The notes under the pieces were generated by a model, which saw only the letters and a program-made list of their open reading frames with translations, was not told the DNA's origin and searched no databases. Below, piece by piece: positions 8,464 to 17,988 of a stretch of 33,147 bases of DNA (the stretch's first letter is position 1; each line of letters begins with the position of its first letter). The DNA is from Minisyncoccota bacterium. Its GTDB lineage: Bacteria > Patescibacteriota > Microgenomatia > UBA1400 > PJMF01. The stretch is from NCBI GenBank assembly GCA_012799795.1, contig JAAZKO010000044.1, positions 1-33,147 on the forward strand. Reading direction: 5' to 3'. The position numbers were made by a program, and so were the translations under genes.

Positions 8464-8985
8464 TTACTTGCTTTTCTTTTTAGTAGTTTCTTCTGTTGAT
8501 TTTGTTTTTTTGCTAGATTCCTTCTCAGTTTTTTTAAGTTCTTTTTTTACTACAATTTTTTTAGAAGTCTTCTTGCTTTTCTTTTGATCAGTTTTCTTAG
8601 TTTCATTTTTAAGACTGTGCCATTTTTTCTCATCAAGCAGCAAGCTTAAACGATAAACCGGCATATTATCACCACGACGATTACTTAATTTCTCTAAACT
8701 GCAAAAGCCACTTTTTCGATCGCCAACTGCTGGCACTACTTGATCGAATATGGTATTAACCACATCTCTTTTTCCAAAAAAGCGATGGATTTGGCGACGA
8801 GTTGCTAAATCATCTTTTTGAGCCTGACTAATCAATTTATCTGCTAAACGACGTATTTCTTTTGCACGAGCTTCACTAGTTTCGATATGGCCATGCTCAA
8901 TTAAACCACGCAAAGAATTACGTAACAAAGCCTTACGGCTTTGAGTATCGCGATTAAAATGTTTAGTTTTTACTCGATGTTTCAT
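8464..8985 (-). CDS. rplQ: 50S ribosomal protein L17, with a 55-aa Lys-rich C-terminal tail
   Basis: The N-terminus MKHRVKTKHFNRDTQSRKALLRN is L17-like. The tail reads EKKWHSLKNETKKTDQKKSKK...TTKKKSK. Confidence 0.95.
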   Translation of the reverse strand: MKHRVKTKHFNRDTQSRKALLRNSLRGLIEHGHIETSEARAKEIRRLADKLISQAQKDDLATRRQIHRFFGKRDVVNTIFDQVVPAVGDRKSGFCSLEKLSNRRGDNMPVYRLSLLLDEKKWHSLKNETKKTDQKKSKKTSKKIVVKKELKKTEKESSKKTKSTEETTKKKSK

Positions 8986-8994
8986 ATCTCACTT

Positions 8995-9939
8995 TTAATC
9001 TGCTAAGACTACTCCTTTTTTGGCCAAGGCTTCTTCTATTAAATCAATACTCTTGCCACCTAAGTTTTTTACCTTAGAAATTTCAGCCTTATTAGTGGCC
9101 TGAAGATTCTTAACTGTCTCATAACCTCCTTTACGTAAAGCATTGGCGATACGAGTAGGCAAATCAAGCTCCTCAACGGTTAAGCGCATTACTTCCAATT
9201 CTTCAGGACTAATCGCAGGTAATTCCTCTTCTAATTCAGGCAAAACTGGATCAACAATTTGCTTAAATTGAGCGATTAAAATTTCGCTAGCTTTTTTCAC
9301 AGCTTCGAGTGAACTGATACTGCCATCAGTTTGAATATCAAAAACAATACGATCAAAGTCAGTTCGACTTCCAACTCGAGTAGCCTCAACACGATAAGCA
9401 ACTTTAATAACAGGAGAAAATAAAGCATCAACTGCTATCTGTCCAACGCTTTCTAACTCGATTTCTTTAGCTAATTTATAACCTACACCAGACTCAACAA
9501 TCATTTCAATATCTAAATTTTTACCTTTGGTTAAGGTCGCTAAATGTAGTTTTTTATTAATTACCTCAAAGCCAGCTTCACACTCTATGTCTTTAGCAGT
9601 AATTTCCTTAGGACCTTTTACATTTAGTCGTAAAATTCCAGCTTCATCATTATTAGATTTAATACGAATGTTTTTTAAATTTAAAATTAAATCTACAATA
9701 TCTTCTTTTAAACCTTCGTAAGTAGTGAATTGATGACTCACTCCATCAATGCTTAATTTAGTGATAGCTAAACCAGGCAGTGACATTAATAAAACTCGGC
9801 GCAATGCATTGCCCAAAGTGTGACCATAACCACTTTCTAATGGTTCAATCACAATTGTAGATCGTGAACCATTAGTTTCCACCTCACTTACGGTAAAAAT
9901 TGGGTTCATGACGCTGTAGTCATTTAAATTTTCTGTCAT
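8995..9939 (-). CDS. rpoA: DNA-directed RNA polymerase subunit alpha
   Basis: 314 aa. GHTLGNALRRVLL is present, along with a C-terminal domain reading LDLPTRIANALRKGGYETVKNL. Confidence 0.96.
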   Translation of the reverse strand: MTENLNDYSVMNPIFTVSEVETNGSRSTIVIEPLESGYGHTLGNALRRVLLMSLPGLAITKLSIDGVSHQFTTYEGLKEDIVDLILNLKNIRIKSNNDEAGILRLNVKGPKEITAKDIECEAGFEVINKKLHLATLTKGKNLDIEMIVESGVGYKLAKEIELESVGQIAVDALFSPVIKVAYRVEATRVGSRTDFDRIVFDIQTDGSISSLEAVKKASEILIAQFKQIVDPVLPELEEELPAISPEELEVMRLTVEELDLPTRIANALRKGGYETVKNLQATNKAEISKVKNLGGKSIDLIEEALAKKGVVLAD

Positions 9940-9999
9940 ATTCTTCTCCTTTGTTTCACCTCCCTCAAAATGAGGAATCTGTTTCTAGATTTATAATTA

Positions 10000-10608
10000 T
10001 TACCTATTGTAATATTCAACTATTAATTGCTCATCAATTTTCTCGACGATATCTTCTCTAACTGGTAATTTTACTACCTTAATAGAGGTTCCTTTTACTT
10101 CTAACCAGTTGGGCACTGGTCTTTCTTCTTCTATAGCTTCAAATACCTGGGGTATTTTAGCTGTTTTACTCTTTTTCATGCTAATCACATCACCCATTTT
10201 TACTGTGTAAGAAGGAATATTCATTTTTTTACCATTTACTAAAAAGTGATCGTGAGCAACCAATTGTCGGGCTGAGGCGCGAGTAAGAGTAAAACTAGCA
10301 CGATAAACAACATTGTCTAAACGTCTTTCTAATAAACTCAATAAAGCTGTTCCTGTAGCTACTGGATTTTTACTAGCTTCCTCAAAGATCTTGCGCAACT
10401 GTCTCTCTAAAATTCCATAAATATATTTTAGTTTTTGTTTTTCTCGGAGTTGTAAAGCATAATCGGACATTTTTCGGTGAGTTTTAACCCCATGCTGGCC
10501 AGGTCTAATTGCCAAACGTCTGGCTGTCTTTAGGGCATTTACTTTTAAACCTAAGTCTTCACCAATTTGTCGTTGTAATTTTTGTTTTGAACCACTATGT
10601 CTTGCCAT
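10000..10608 (-). CDS. rpsD: 30S ribosomal protein S4
   Basis: YALQLREKQKLKYIYG and RLDNVVYRASFTLTRASARQLVAHDHFLVNGK. Confidence 0.96.
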   Translation of the reverse strand: MARHSGSKQKLQRQIGEDLGLKVNALKTARRLAIRPGQHGVKTHRKMSDYALQLREKQKLKYIYGILERQLRKIFEEASKNPVATGTALLSLLERRLDNVVYRASFTLTRASARQLVAHDHFLVNGKKMNIPSYTVKMGDVISMKKSKTAKIPQVFEAIEEERPVPNWLEVKGTSIKVVKLPVREDIVEKIDEQLIVEYYNR

Positions 10609-10625
10609 ATTAAATTCTTAGAACT

Positions 10626-11039
10626 TTAATTTCTAGCCTTTCTTGGTCGAGTACCATTGTGTGGTACTGGAGTTAAATCAGCAATCAAAGTCACCCTAAT
10701 ACCCTGAGCCCGTAAAACGCGAAGTGCCACATCTCTTCCAGGACCAGGACCCTTTAAATAAACCTCCATTTGATTCATTCCATAATTGTTTTTAGCTTTA
10801 TTAATAGCATTTTCTACAGTAATGGTAGCTGCATAAGGAGTTGATTTGCGTGAACCGCTAAAACCAGAACCTCCGGTGCTTTCCCAACACAAAACATTAC
10901 CTTTTTCATCGCTAATACTTACCAAGGTGTTATTAAAAGTAGCACTAACATACAATCTGCCCTTAGTAACAGTTCTAGTGCTACGTTTATAATTAGATTT
11001 TTTCTTTTTACTAATAGTTTTTTTACTGGTCTCTGCCAT
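10626..11039 (-). CDS. rpsK: 30S ribosomal protein S11
   Basis: FNNTLVSISDEKGNVLCWESTG...GSRKSTPYAA...PVPHNGTRPRK. Confidence 0.96.
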   Translation of the reverse strand: MAETSKKTISKKKKSNYKRSTRTVTKGRLYVSATFNNTLVSISDEKGNVLCWESTGGSGFSGSRKSTPYAATITVENAINKAKNNYGMNQMEVYLKGPGPGRDVALRVLRAQGIRVTLIADLTPVPHNGTRPRKARN

Positions 11040-11054
11040 AAAAACCTTCGTTAT

Positions 11055-11456
11055 TTAAGCTTTTTTTGTTTCTTCTAATTTGCTAGCGGCTTCTTTGGTC
11101 ATTGCGCCAATTGTTCGTCTTGCTCCACGCTTAGTTCTTGCATTGGATCTAGTTCTTTGTCCTCGAGCAGGTAAGCCAGCACTATGTCTCATTCCTCGAT
11201 AGGACTGAATTCTTTTTAAACGAGCCACGTTATCATTAATTTCCCGACGCAAATCACCTTCTATTAAATAACTATCGAGAATTAATTGGATACGATTAAT
11301 TTCTTCGCCGGTTAAGTCTTTAGCTCTTTTATCTGGATTAATTTTACTTTTTTTAACAATTTCTTCAGCTAATTCAGATCCAACTCCATAAATATAGCGT
11401 AAAGAAAAATTAATTTTTTTGTTGTCTGGTATATCATGTCCCGCAATACGTGGCAT
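11055..11456 (-). CDS. rpsM: 30S ribosomal protein S13
   Basis: MPRIAGHDIPDNKKINFSLRYIYGVG...YRGMRHSAGLPARGQRTRSNART. Confidence 0.96.
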   Translation of the reverse strand: MPRIAGHDIPDNKKINFSLRYIYGVGSELAEEIVKKSKINPDKRAKDLTGEEINRIQLILDSYLIEGDLRREINDNVARLKRIQSYRGMRHSAGLPARGQRTRSNARTKRGARRTIGAMTKEAASKLEETKKA

Positions 11457-11459
11457 AGT

Positions 11460-11573
11460 TTATCCTTGCCTCTGCTTGTGCTTGGGATTAATACAAATAA
11501 CGTACAATTTCCCATGTCGCTTAACAAGCTTGCAATTTTTACAAATTTTCTTTAAAGATGCTTTAACTTTCAT
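11460..11573 (-). CDS. rpmJ: 50S ribosomal protein L36
   Basis: This ORF is not in the ORF track. My translation gives [37 protein letters not shown] followed by a stop (37 aa). It sits in the canonical position between infA and rpsM. Confidence 0.93.
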   Translation of the reverse strand: MKVKASLKKICKNCKLVKRHGKLYVICINPKHKQRQG

Positions 11574-11651
11574 AATTACAGACGTGCAATATACCCTACT
11601 AGACTAAATTTTTAAAGAGTTAAATTAGTCCTTTCAGGAATATTGCTTTTC

Positions 11652-11987
11652 CTAATGATTTGTTCTTGATTGCCTATTGCTTGATCGATAGGTAATCTTA
11701 CATTTTGTCAAATCGTATTTACTAACGTAACCTTTTACTTGGTCACCTGGCATAACACGAATGCGATAAAGACGCATTTTACCAGCTAAAGTACCCAACA
11801 ACAAACGACCCTTCATCTGCTCAGCTGTAGAGTCAATTACTCTAACTCTAAACATAGTGTTAGGTAAACAACTCTCGACTTCACCAATAATCTCAAAGCG
11901 ATCACTTTGGCTACTTGCTACAGATGGCGTAAAATCAATCTGTCGCTTAGCTTTAGCAGCGCGTTTGTGTTCTTGTACCTTTCCCAT
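11652..11987 (-). CDS. infA: Translation initiation factor IF-1, with an N-terminal extension and a loop insertion
   Basis: The S1-like core is GEVESCLPNTMFRVRV...GKMRLYRIRVMPGDQVKGYVSKYDLTKCKITYRS. At 111 aa it is well above the usual length of about 72 aa. Confidence 0.9.
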   Translation of the reverse strand: MGKVQEHKRAAKAKRQIDFTPSVASSQSDRFEIIGEVESCLPNTMFRVRVIDSTAEQMKGRLLLGTLAGKMRLYRIRVMPGDQVKGYVSKYDLTKCKITYRSSNRQSRTNH

Positions 11988-11995
11988 AAAAGAGC

Positions 11996-12004
11996 ATTAT
12001 ACCA
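11996..12004 (-). promoter_or_regulatory. Extended -10 element (TGgTATAAT) 8 nt upstream of the infA ATG
   Basis: The minus strand reads TGGTATAAT GCTCTTTT ATG. There is no SD-like purine run between the -10 element and the ATG. Confidence 0.45.
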
Positions 12005-12036
12005 GATTTAGCAAAAAAAATCACTTATAAGTCTGA

Positions 12037-12624
12037 CTATTTTTCAGATAAACTCTTTTTATTATTATCTTTACTTATAATTCTCTCCACTTTTAGCACA
12101 ATGTCATTGAACACTTCTTGCACAGTTTGCTCGCCATCCACTACCGCCAAATGCTTACGTTCTGAATAATAATCTAAAACTTTAGAAGTTTTCTCATGAA
12201 AAAGATCAATCCTTCTTCGAATTGCTTTTAAAGTTTCATCTTCTCGATCAGCCTCCCGATCAGAAATCCTCCATAAAGCTTCTTTGTCTGATACGTCAAT
12301 TAAAATAACTATTTCTTCACCTTTAGTAAAGGTATCAAAAGCTTTTGCTTGAGGAACAGTTCGAGGAAAGCCATCAAGAATAAAGCCTTTTTCGTATTCC
12401 GGCTTTTTTAAATACTCAATCACAACTTCTAGAGCTTTATCATCAGGAATTAAGAAACCAGCATTGATGGTTTCCTTCACCCAACGGCCCAAAGCCGTTT
12501 TACTCCTGGTCATTTGTCTAAAAATATGACCAGATGATAGGTAGGGAATATTATATTTTTCTGATAACAAATTACCTTGGGTTGATTTGCCCGCTCCCTG
12601 AATACCTATTAAGACCAATTTCAT
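12037..12624 (-). CDS. adk: Adenylate kinase (short-LID type)
   Basis: The P-loop GIQGAGKSTQG and GFILDGFPRT are present. The LID region is short and has no Cys4 zinc motif. Confidence 0.93.
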   Translation of the reverse strand: MKLVLIGIQGAGKSTQGNLLSEKYNIPYLSSGHIFRQMTRSKTALGRWVKETINAGFLIPDDKALEVVIEYLKKPEYEKGFILDGFPRTVPQAKAFDTFTKGEEIVILIDVSDKEALWRISDREADREDETLKAIRRRIDLFHEKTSKVLDYYSERKHLAVVDGEQTVQEVFNDIVLKVERIISKDNNKKSLSEK

Positions 12625-12645
12625 AATCCCTTTCGCTTTAGTATT

Positions 12646-13941
12646 TTAACTGAGTTTGCTATAACGATCGTAATTTTCACTTAATAATTGAGACTCCACT
12701 TGTTTGGCTGTTTCTAAAATAACAGAAACCACAATTAATAAGCTAGTGCCTCCTATTGCCAGAGCCTGAATATCGGTAATCATTTGCGCAATAGTTGGTA
12801 AAACTGCGATACTAGCTAAAAAGATTGCACCAGCAAAGGTTATTCTAGTAAGCACAAACTCTAAATATTTACGAGTTGGACCTCCTGGCCTAATACCAGG
12901 AATAAAAGCCCCACTCTTTTTTAACTCATCACTAATATCTTCAGCATTAAAGAAAATAATGGCACTAAAATAACTAAAGACAAAAACTAGAACAAAATAA
13001 GTCAATAAATACCAAATACTGGTCGGAGCAAAGATCACGTTCAAGCGTTCCCCTAAATTCACCAAAAAGTCTTTGCCGCTCAAGGCTAAAACTCTACCTA
13101 AAAAGGGAGGTAACATCATTAGCGAAACAGCAAAAATAATCGGCATAACTCCAGCCACATTTACTTTAATTGGTAAATGACTACTTTGTCCACCAACTTG
13201 ACGACCTCCTTGTATACGCTTAGCATATTGAATATTAACTTTCCGCACCGCTTCGTTGAAAAAAACAACTAAAGCAATAACTGCCAAAGTTACGACCAGC
13301 ATAATTAAGATAACTGTCAATTGACCGTCATTGCCAATTAAAAAAGATTGTCCAATACTACCTGGAATTTGGCTAAGAATTCCTACTAATAAAATCATTG
13401 AAATGCCATTACCCATCCCATACTCGGAAATTAATTCGCCCAGCCACATCATAAGCATTGATCCAGCAATTAAAATTAAAACTACTATCATCATTAGACT
13501 TGTTTGCTGGCTAATTAGTAAACCCTGCGAATTAAGTAAAGCTAGAGTAGCTGTCGCTTGAACTGCGGCAACTGGCACAGAAATGATACGCATATACTGA
13601 TTCAGCTTAGCCTGACCGGCCTCACCTTCTTTTTGCATTTCTTTAATCTTGGGAATAACCATACCCAATAATTGCATCACGATTGAAGCGGTAATGTAGG
13701 GATTAATACCAACTGCCACAATAGAAAATCTAGCTAAAGTACCGCCTGCAAATAAATTTAGAAAACTTAAAAATTCATTGCTAGCAAAAATCAATTTTAA
13801 GCGTTCAACATCAACTATTGGAACTGGGATATGAGCAAGTAATCTGGTGATAGCAAAAACTACTAGAGTAAAAATGAGCTTTTTTTTAAGCGCTTGATTG
13901 GCAAAAATGGCCTGAATCTTTGTTATTATTTGTTCTAACAC
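12646..13941 (-). CDS. secY: Preprotein translocase subunit SecY
   Basis: 431 aa polytopic membrane protein in the canonical rplO-secY-adk position. GINPYITASI and GMGNGISMIL are present. Confidence 0.95.
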   Translation of the reverse strand: MLEQIITKIQAIFANQALKKKLIFTLVVFAITRLLAHIPVPIVDVERLKLIFASNEFLSFLNLFAGGTLARFSIVAVGINPYITASIVMQLLGMVIPKIKEMQKEGEAGQAKLNQYMRIISVPVAAVQATATLALLNSQGLLISQQTSLMMIVVLILIAGSMLMMWLGELISEYGMGNGISMILLVGILSQIPGSIGQSFLIGNDGQLTVILIMLVVTLAVIALVVFFNEAVRKVNIQYAKRIQGGRQVGGQSSHLPIKVNVAGVMPIIFAVSLMMLPPFLGRVLALSGKDFLVNLGERLNVIFAPTSIWYLLTYFVLVFVFSYFSAIIFFNAEDISDELKKSGAFIPGIRPGGPTRKYLEFVLTRITFAGAIFLASIAVLPTIAQMITDIQALAIGGTSLLIVVSVILETAKQVESQLLSENYDRYSKLS

Positions 13942-13961
13942 AAATTCTTATTTTATATATT

Positions 13962-14399
13962 TTATTCTACTTTTCCACCTAATGTTTCAATCTCTTTTTT
14001 AGCTGCCTTGCTCACCTTAATACCTTTAACAGTAAGTTTTCGATTTAATTTGCCTTTTTTAATAATTTTGGCTCTTTTAAAACGTGGATCTATTATTTTA
14101 TTTAATTTTAAAGTGTCTAAACTAATTTCTTCCAAATCGATGGCGTTTAGATCATTGAAAGTTAGTTCTGCGACCAGTCTTAAAGTCTTAAAGCGGCCTT
14201 TACCACGCCACATGGGTAAACGTTTAGTTAAAGGCAAAGATCCACCCTCAAACCATAAAGGGATTTTAGAACCTCTTCTAGATTTTTGGCCTTTTTGACC
14301 ACGACCAACAGTATGACCACCTTTACCAGAACCATAACCTCGGCCAAGGCGTTTGCTAGATTTAAAAGTGATTTTTTCAAGTTTATTAAATAATGACAT
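13962..14399 (-). CDS. rplO: 50S ribosomal protein L15
   Basis: RLGRGYGSGKGGHTVGRGQKGQKSR. Confidence 0.95.
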   Translation of the reverse strand: MSLFNKLEKITFKSSKRLGRGYGSGKGGHTVGRGQKGQKSRRGSKIPLWFEGGSLPLTKRLPMWRGKGRFKTLRLVAELTFNDLNAIDLEEISLDTLKLNKIIDPRFKRAKIIKKGKLNRKLTVKGIKVSKAAKKEIETLGGKVE

Positions 14400-14402
14400 T
14401 GT

Positions 14403-14978
14403 TTACTTTTTGCTTTTACTTTTTTCTTTAGCCTCTGCTTGAAGGGCTGCCATCTTTTCTTGCTCTTCTTTTTCAATTTCTGCAATGGAACGCAACTTAA
14501 TATCTTTAATTTTGACTAAACTAGCTATATGTTTTAAAGCTTCAAAAGTAGCATGAACGCTTGATGTTTGGTTTTCACTACCTAAAATTTTTGCTACTAC
14601 ATCTCTAATTCCAGCAGCTTCTACTACGACTCTCACTGGACCTCCAGCGATAACTCCAGTTCCCTTACTAGCTGGTTTTAACATTACCTTGCCCGCACCT
14701 CTTTTAACAGTTAATGAAAAAGGAATGGTAGTACCGTCTATTGGAACAACAATCATTTTTTGCTTGGCTTTTTTAATACCTTTTTTTATAGCTGACAAAA
14801 CATCGCTGGCCTTACCCAAACCCACACCCACTTTACCTTTACGATCACCCACCACTACCAAGGCAGAAAAACCAATTTGATTTCCACCTTTAGTTTTTTT
14901 AGAAACCCGAGAAATTTTAATGACTTTTTCGTCAAATTCTTTGGGTTGATTGAATTTTCTTGGATTGTTTCTTGCCAT
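14403..14978 (-). CDS. rpsE: 30S ribosomal protein S5, with a C-terminal extension
   Basis: RVSKKTKGGNQIGFSALVVVGDRKGKVGVGLGKA. Only 3 nt separate it from rplO, so there is no room for rpmD (L30). Confidence 0.95.
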   Translation of the reverse strand: MARNNPRKFNQPKEFDEKVIKISRVSKKTKGGNQIGFSALVVVGDRKGKVGVGLGKASDVLSAIKKGIKKAKQKMIVVPIDGTTIPFSLTVKRGAGKVMLKPASKGTGVIAGGPVRVVVEAAGIRDVVAKILGSENQTSSVHATFEALKHIASLVKIKDIKLRSIAEIEKEEQEKMAALQAEAKEKSKSKK

Positions 14979-14983
14979 ATGAT

Positions 14984-15343
14984 TTAAAGGTTAATACCGC
15001 CTTTTCTTAAAGTTTCAGCTACTTCTTTAATTCGACCGTGATATTTATAATAGGAACGATCTAAAACTAAAGATTCAATTTTTTTATTTTTTAAAATTTT
15101 TAATAATTCTTCAGCAGCTAATTTAGCTCTCTCAGTTTTAGTTCCAGCTAGTTTCTTGCTTTTAGAAAAATCTGAACTAGCTGCTAATGTTTTTTCTTGA
15201 GAATCATCAATCACCTGTAGGTACAAGTGTTTATTTGAGCGAAAAACAGTTAAACGAGGTCGCTGGCTAGTACCAAAAATTTTAGCCCGCACTCGCTTTT
15301 GTCTCTTGAGTCGCTGGTTAAGAGTCTTTTTAATATTTAACAT
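14984..15343 (-). CDS. rplR: 50S ribosomal protein L18
   Basis: RPRLTVFRSNKHLYLQVIDD...DRSYYKYHGRIKEVAE. Confidence 0.95.
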   Translation of the reverse strand: MLNIKKTLNQRLKRQKRVRAKIFGTSQRPRLTVFRSNKHLYLQVIDDSQEKTLAASSDFSKSKKLAGTKTERAKLAAEELLKILKNKKIESLVLDRSYYKYHGRIKEVAETLRKGGINL

Positions 15344-15879
15344 TAAGCGACAGTCTTTCCTGGTTTAGTTCTTACTATTTCATCACTGTATCTAATGCCC
15401 TTACCCAAATAGGGTTCTGGGGGTCTTAAATCACGAATATTAGCGCTCACTTGTCCCACTAACTGCTTATCTACACCCTCAACATGAATGGTGTCATTAC
15501 CCTCTAGTTTAAAGGCAATTCCTGGAACGGCATCAACAGTTACTGGATGAGAAAAACCTAAAGTCATGCTTAAACCAGCTCCAGCACTACTAACTCGATA
15601 ACCAGTACCCACTAATTTTAGAGTTTTTTTATAAGCTTTGGTGACTCCAATAATATTATTAGCTATTAAACTACGAATTAACCCGTGATTAGCGCGACTT
15701 TGTTTTAAATCATTTTTACGCTCAACAAGCACTTCTTGATTTTCAACCTTAACTTTTATTCCAGCTACTAGATGAGTGCTTAACTCACCCTTAGGACCTT
15801 TAACAAGCACATGATCATTAGTCACAGTGACTGTCACTTGCTCTGGGATGCTAATATTTTTTCTACCGATTTTTGACAT
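15343..15879 (-). CDS. rplF: 50S ribosomal protein L6
   Basis: MSKIGRKNISIPEQVTVTV...VKGPKGEL...PEPYLGKGIRY. Confidence 0.95.
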   Translation of the reverse strand: MSKIGRKNISIPEQVTVTVTNDHVLVKGPKGELSTHLVAGIKVKVENQEVLVERKNDLKQSRANHGLIRSLIANNIIGVTKAYKKTLKLVGTGYRVSSAGAGLSMTLGFSHPVTVDAVPGIAFKLEGNDTIHVEGVDKQLVGQVSANIRDLRPPEPYLGKGIRYSDEIVRTKPGKTVA

Positions 15880-15891
15880 ATTTACTTACAA

Positions 15892-16281
15892 TTACCAAAT
15901 TTGACAAATAATCTCACCGCCCACTTTGGCTTTACGAGCTGCTTTATCATCAATAACTCCCTGATTACTTGATAAAATTGTCAAACCATAACCATTCAGG
16001 GTTTGAGGAACCTCACCAGCCTTAACATAAATTCTTCTGCCTGGTTTTGACACTCGTTTTACATCAGTAATTACGCTTAATTTTCCCACATATTTCAATA
16101 TAATTTTGATATTTTTTTGTGGTTTTTCATCAATAATTTGATAATCTTCAATATAGTTATTAATTTTAAGTATCTTAATAATTTCTTCTTTTAATTTTGA
16201 ATGAGGCAATACAAGATCTTTGCGTCCCGCCATAGACGCATTTTTTATTCTAATAATCATGTCAGCAATTGGATCAGTCAT
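15892..16281 (-). CDS. rpsH: 30S ribosomal protein S8
   Basis: MTDPIADMIIRIKNASMA...GGEIICQIW. Confidence 0.95.
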   Translation of the reverse strand: MTDPIADMIIRIKNASMAGRKDLVLPHSKLKEEIIKILKINNYIEDYQIIDEKPQKNIKIILKYVGKLSVITDVKRVSKPGRRIYVKAGEVPQTLNGYGLTILSSNQGVIDDKAARKAKVGGEIICQIW

Positions 16282-16299
16282 ATTTTTTTCTTTTATCCC

Positions 16300-16530
16300 T
16301 TATTTACTGCTTTTTACTACCCCAGGTAGCTCACCTTTACTTGCTAATTCTCTAAAAGTTAAACGACTTAAACCAAAAAAACGCATATAACCCCTAGGAC
16401 GACCGGTAATTTTACAACGATTTACGCCTCTAGTCGAGACTCGATTTTTTTTACGCTCACCCGATTTTAAATAAGTGCTTCTTTTTTTCAAAAGCTTTTT
16501 AGATTTGGCAATTTTTGATTTTTTAGCCAT
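16300..16530 (-). CDS. rpsN: 30S ribosomal protein S14 (76 aa, without the Cys4 zinc motif)
   Basis: [12 protein letters not shown]...[40 protein letters not shown]. It sits in the canonical position between rplE and rpsH. Confidence 0.9.
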   Translation of the reverse strand: MAKKSKIAKSKKLLKKRSTYLKSGERKKNRVSTRGVNRCKITGRPRGYMRFFGLSRLTFRELASKGELPGVVKSSK

Positions 16531-16533
16531 AAA

Positions 16534-17103
16534 TTACTCGTTCCTTTTTATTTCTTCCTTTTCAAAAGGCATACCTAACAATTCTAATAAACGAAAAGAT
16601 TTTTTTTGATCACTATTGCTAATCACCAAGTTAATTTGTAAACCACGAATTCTTTCAATTTGATCAAAATCTATCTCAGGAAAGGCAATTTGTTCTTCAA
16701 TACCTAAACTATAATTTCCTTCACCGTCAAAAGCAGAAGTCGAAACACCTCTAAAATCTTTTACTCTAGGTAAAACCAGAGAAATTAATTTATCTAAAAA
16801 CTCCCACATGTATTCACCCCGCAGTGTAACCATCACGCCTAAAGGATCACCTTCGCGTAACTTAAAATTTGCAATAGCTAGACGCGCTTTGCTCACCACC
16901 GCTTTCTGACCAGTGATAATTTCAAATTGCTTAAGCAAAATGGGCATAATCTTTTCTCTAGCTTTTGGATCAGCTGGATCAGTAACACCCATGTTTAAAA
17001 CAACTTTTTCAATTTTAGGAACAGCAAGCAAATTTGGAAAATCAAACTCTTTTTTTAGAGCTGGTGCCACTTTTTCCTGGTATTGTTTTCTTAAACGATT
17101 CAT
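16534..17103 (-). CDS. rplE: 50S ribosomal protein L5
   Basis: VPKIEKVVLNMGV...ANFKLREGDPLGVMVTLRG...GNYSLGIEEQIAFPEI. Confidence 0.95.
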   Translation of the reverse strand: MNRLRKQYQEKVAPALKKEFDFPNLLAVPKIEKVVLNMGVTDPADPKAREKIMPILLKQFEIITGQKAVVSKARLAIANFKLREGDPLGVMVTLRGEYMWEFLDKLISLVLPRVKDFRGVSTSAFDGEGNYSLGIEEQIAFPEIDFDQIERIRGLQINLVISNSDQKKSFRLLELLGMPFEKEEIKRNE

Positions 17104-17108
17104 AATTT

Positions 17109-17615
17109 TTAGCCTTTATCCTGAGTTTTTCTAATTCTGCTGGTCTTAGCAATTTTGCTACTAGCTCTTTTTGCTGTTTTTTTCTCAGCTTCAATAGCTT
17201 CTTGAGCAAATTTTTGACTATCTTCTGTCAACAAAGATTCTTTCTTTGTAGCTTTTTTAGTTGTTTTTTTAGCTTTTTTATCAGCCTTTACTACTTTGTC
17301 TAGTTTTTCTGCTTTAGCTAATTGACCAGTCTTTCTGAAAAATCTTTCTTTTTGACCATCAGCTGTTCGGCGATAAGCTAAACGATCTGCCTGGTCTTGA
17401 TCATTTAATACAGCTATATTAGCTACTGGGAGAGCTCGTTCACTCCGTGTTTTCTCTCCGGGTTTATCCATAAAAGGTTTAGTGTGTTTGTAGTAGAGAT
17501 TAACATCTTTTACTATAACCTTATTTTGTCTTGCTAATAAAGCCACGATAACACTTTTTTTACCTTTATCTTTACCGGCGGTGACAAGTACTCGATCTCC
17601 TATTTTAAATTTCAT
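17109..17615 (-). CDS. rplX: 50S ribosomal protein L24, with a C-terminal tail of about 69 aa rich in Lys and Ala
   Basis: The KOW motif is [20 protein letters not shown]. The tail reads [26 protein letters not shown].... Confidence 0.93.
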   Translation of the reverse strand: MKFKIGDRVLVTAGKDKGKKSVIVALLARQNKVIVKDVNLYYKHTKPFMDKPGEKTRSERALPVANIAVLNDQDQADRLAYRRTADGQKERFFRKTGQLAKAEKLDKVVKADKKAKKTTKKATKKESLLTEDSQKFAQEAIEAEKKTAKRASSKIAKTSRIRKTQDKG

Positions 17616-17986
17616 AATACCTCCGGAGCTAAACTAGCTATTTTATTAAAACCATTATCTTTAACTTCGCGTGCCACAGGGCCAAAAACACGAGTTCCTA
17701 CAGGCTCTTTATTATCACGATCTTGAATAATCACTGCAGCATTATCATCGAATCTTAAATATTCACCAGTGGCTCGTCTTTTTTCTTTTCTTGTTCTAAC
17801 AATCACTGCTTTGACTATCTCTCCTTTTTTCAAATTACCGCCTGGATCAGCACTAATAACTGAGGCCACTAACACATCTCCCACCGAAACAAATCTTCTT
17901 CCAGAGCCACCATAAACTTGAATGACCCTAATTTTTTTGGCCCCACTATTATCAGCAACATTGAGTACGCTTCTTAGTTGTATCAT
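17612..17986 (-). CDS. rplN: 50S ribosomal protein L14
   Basis: [24 protein letters not shown]. Its TGA stop overlaps the rplX ATG as ATGA. Confidence 0.96.
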   Translation of the reverse strand: MIQLRSVLNVADNSGAKKIRVIQVYGGSGRRFVSVGDVLVASVISADPGGNLKKGEIVKAVIVRTRKEKRRATGEYLRFDDNAAVIIQDRDNKEPVGTRVFGPVAREVKDNGFNKIASLAPEVL

Positions 17987-17988
17987 TT

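Noticed and set aside
12005-12036. The palindrome ACTTATAAGT plus a T8 run after adk, as a terminator.
   Set aside because: The stem is only about 4 AU-rich base pairs with a minimal loop. That is too weak to call.
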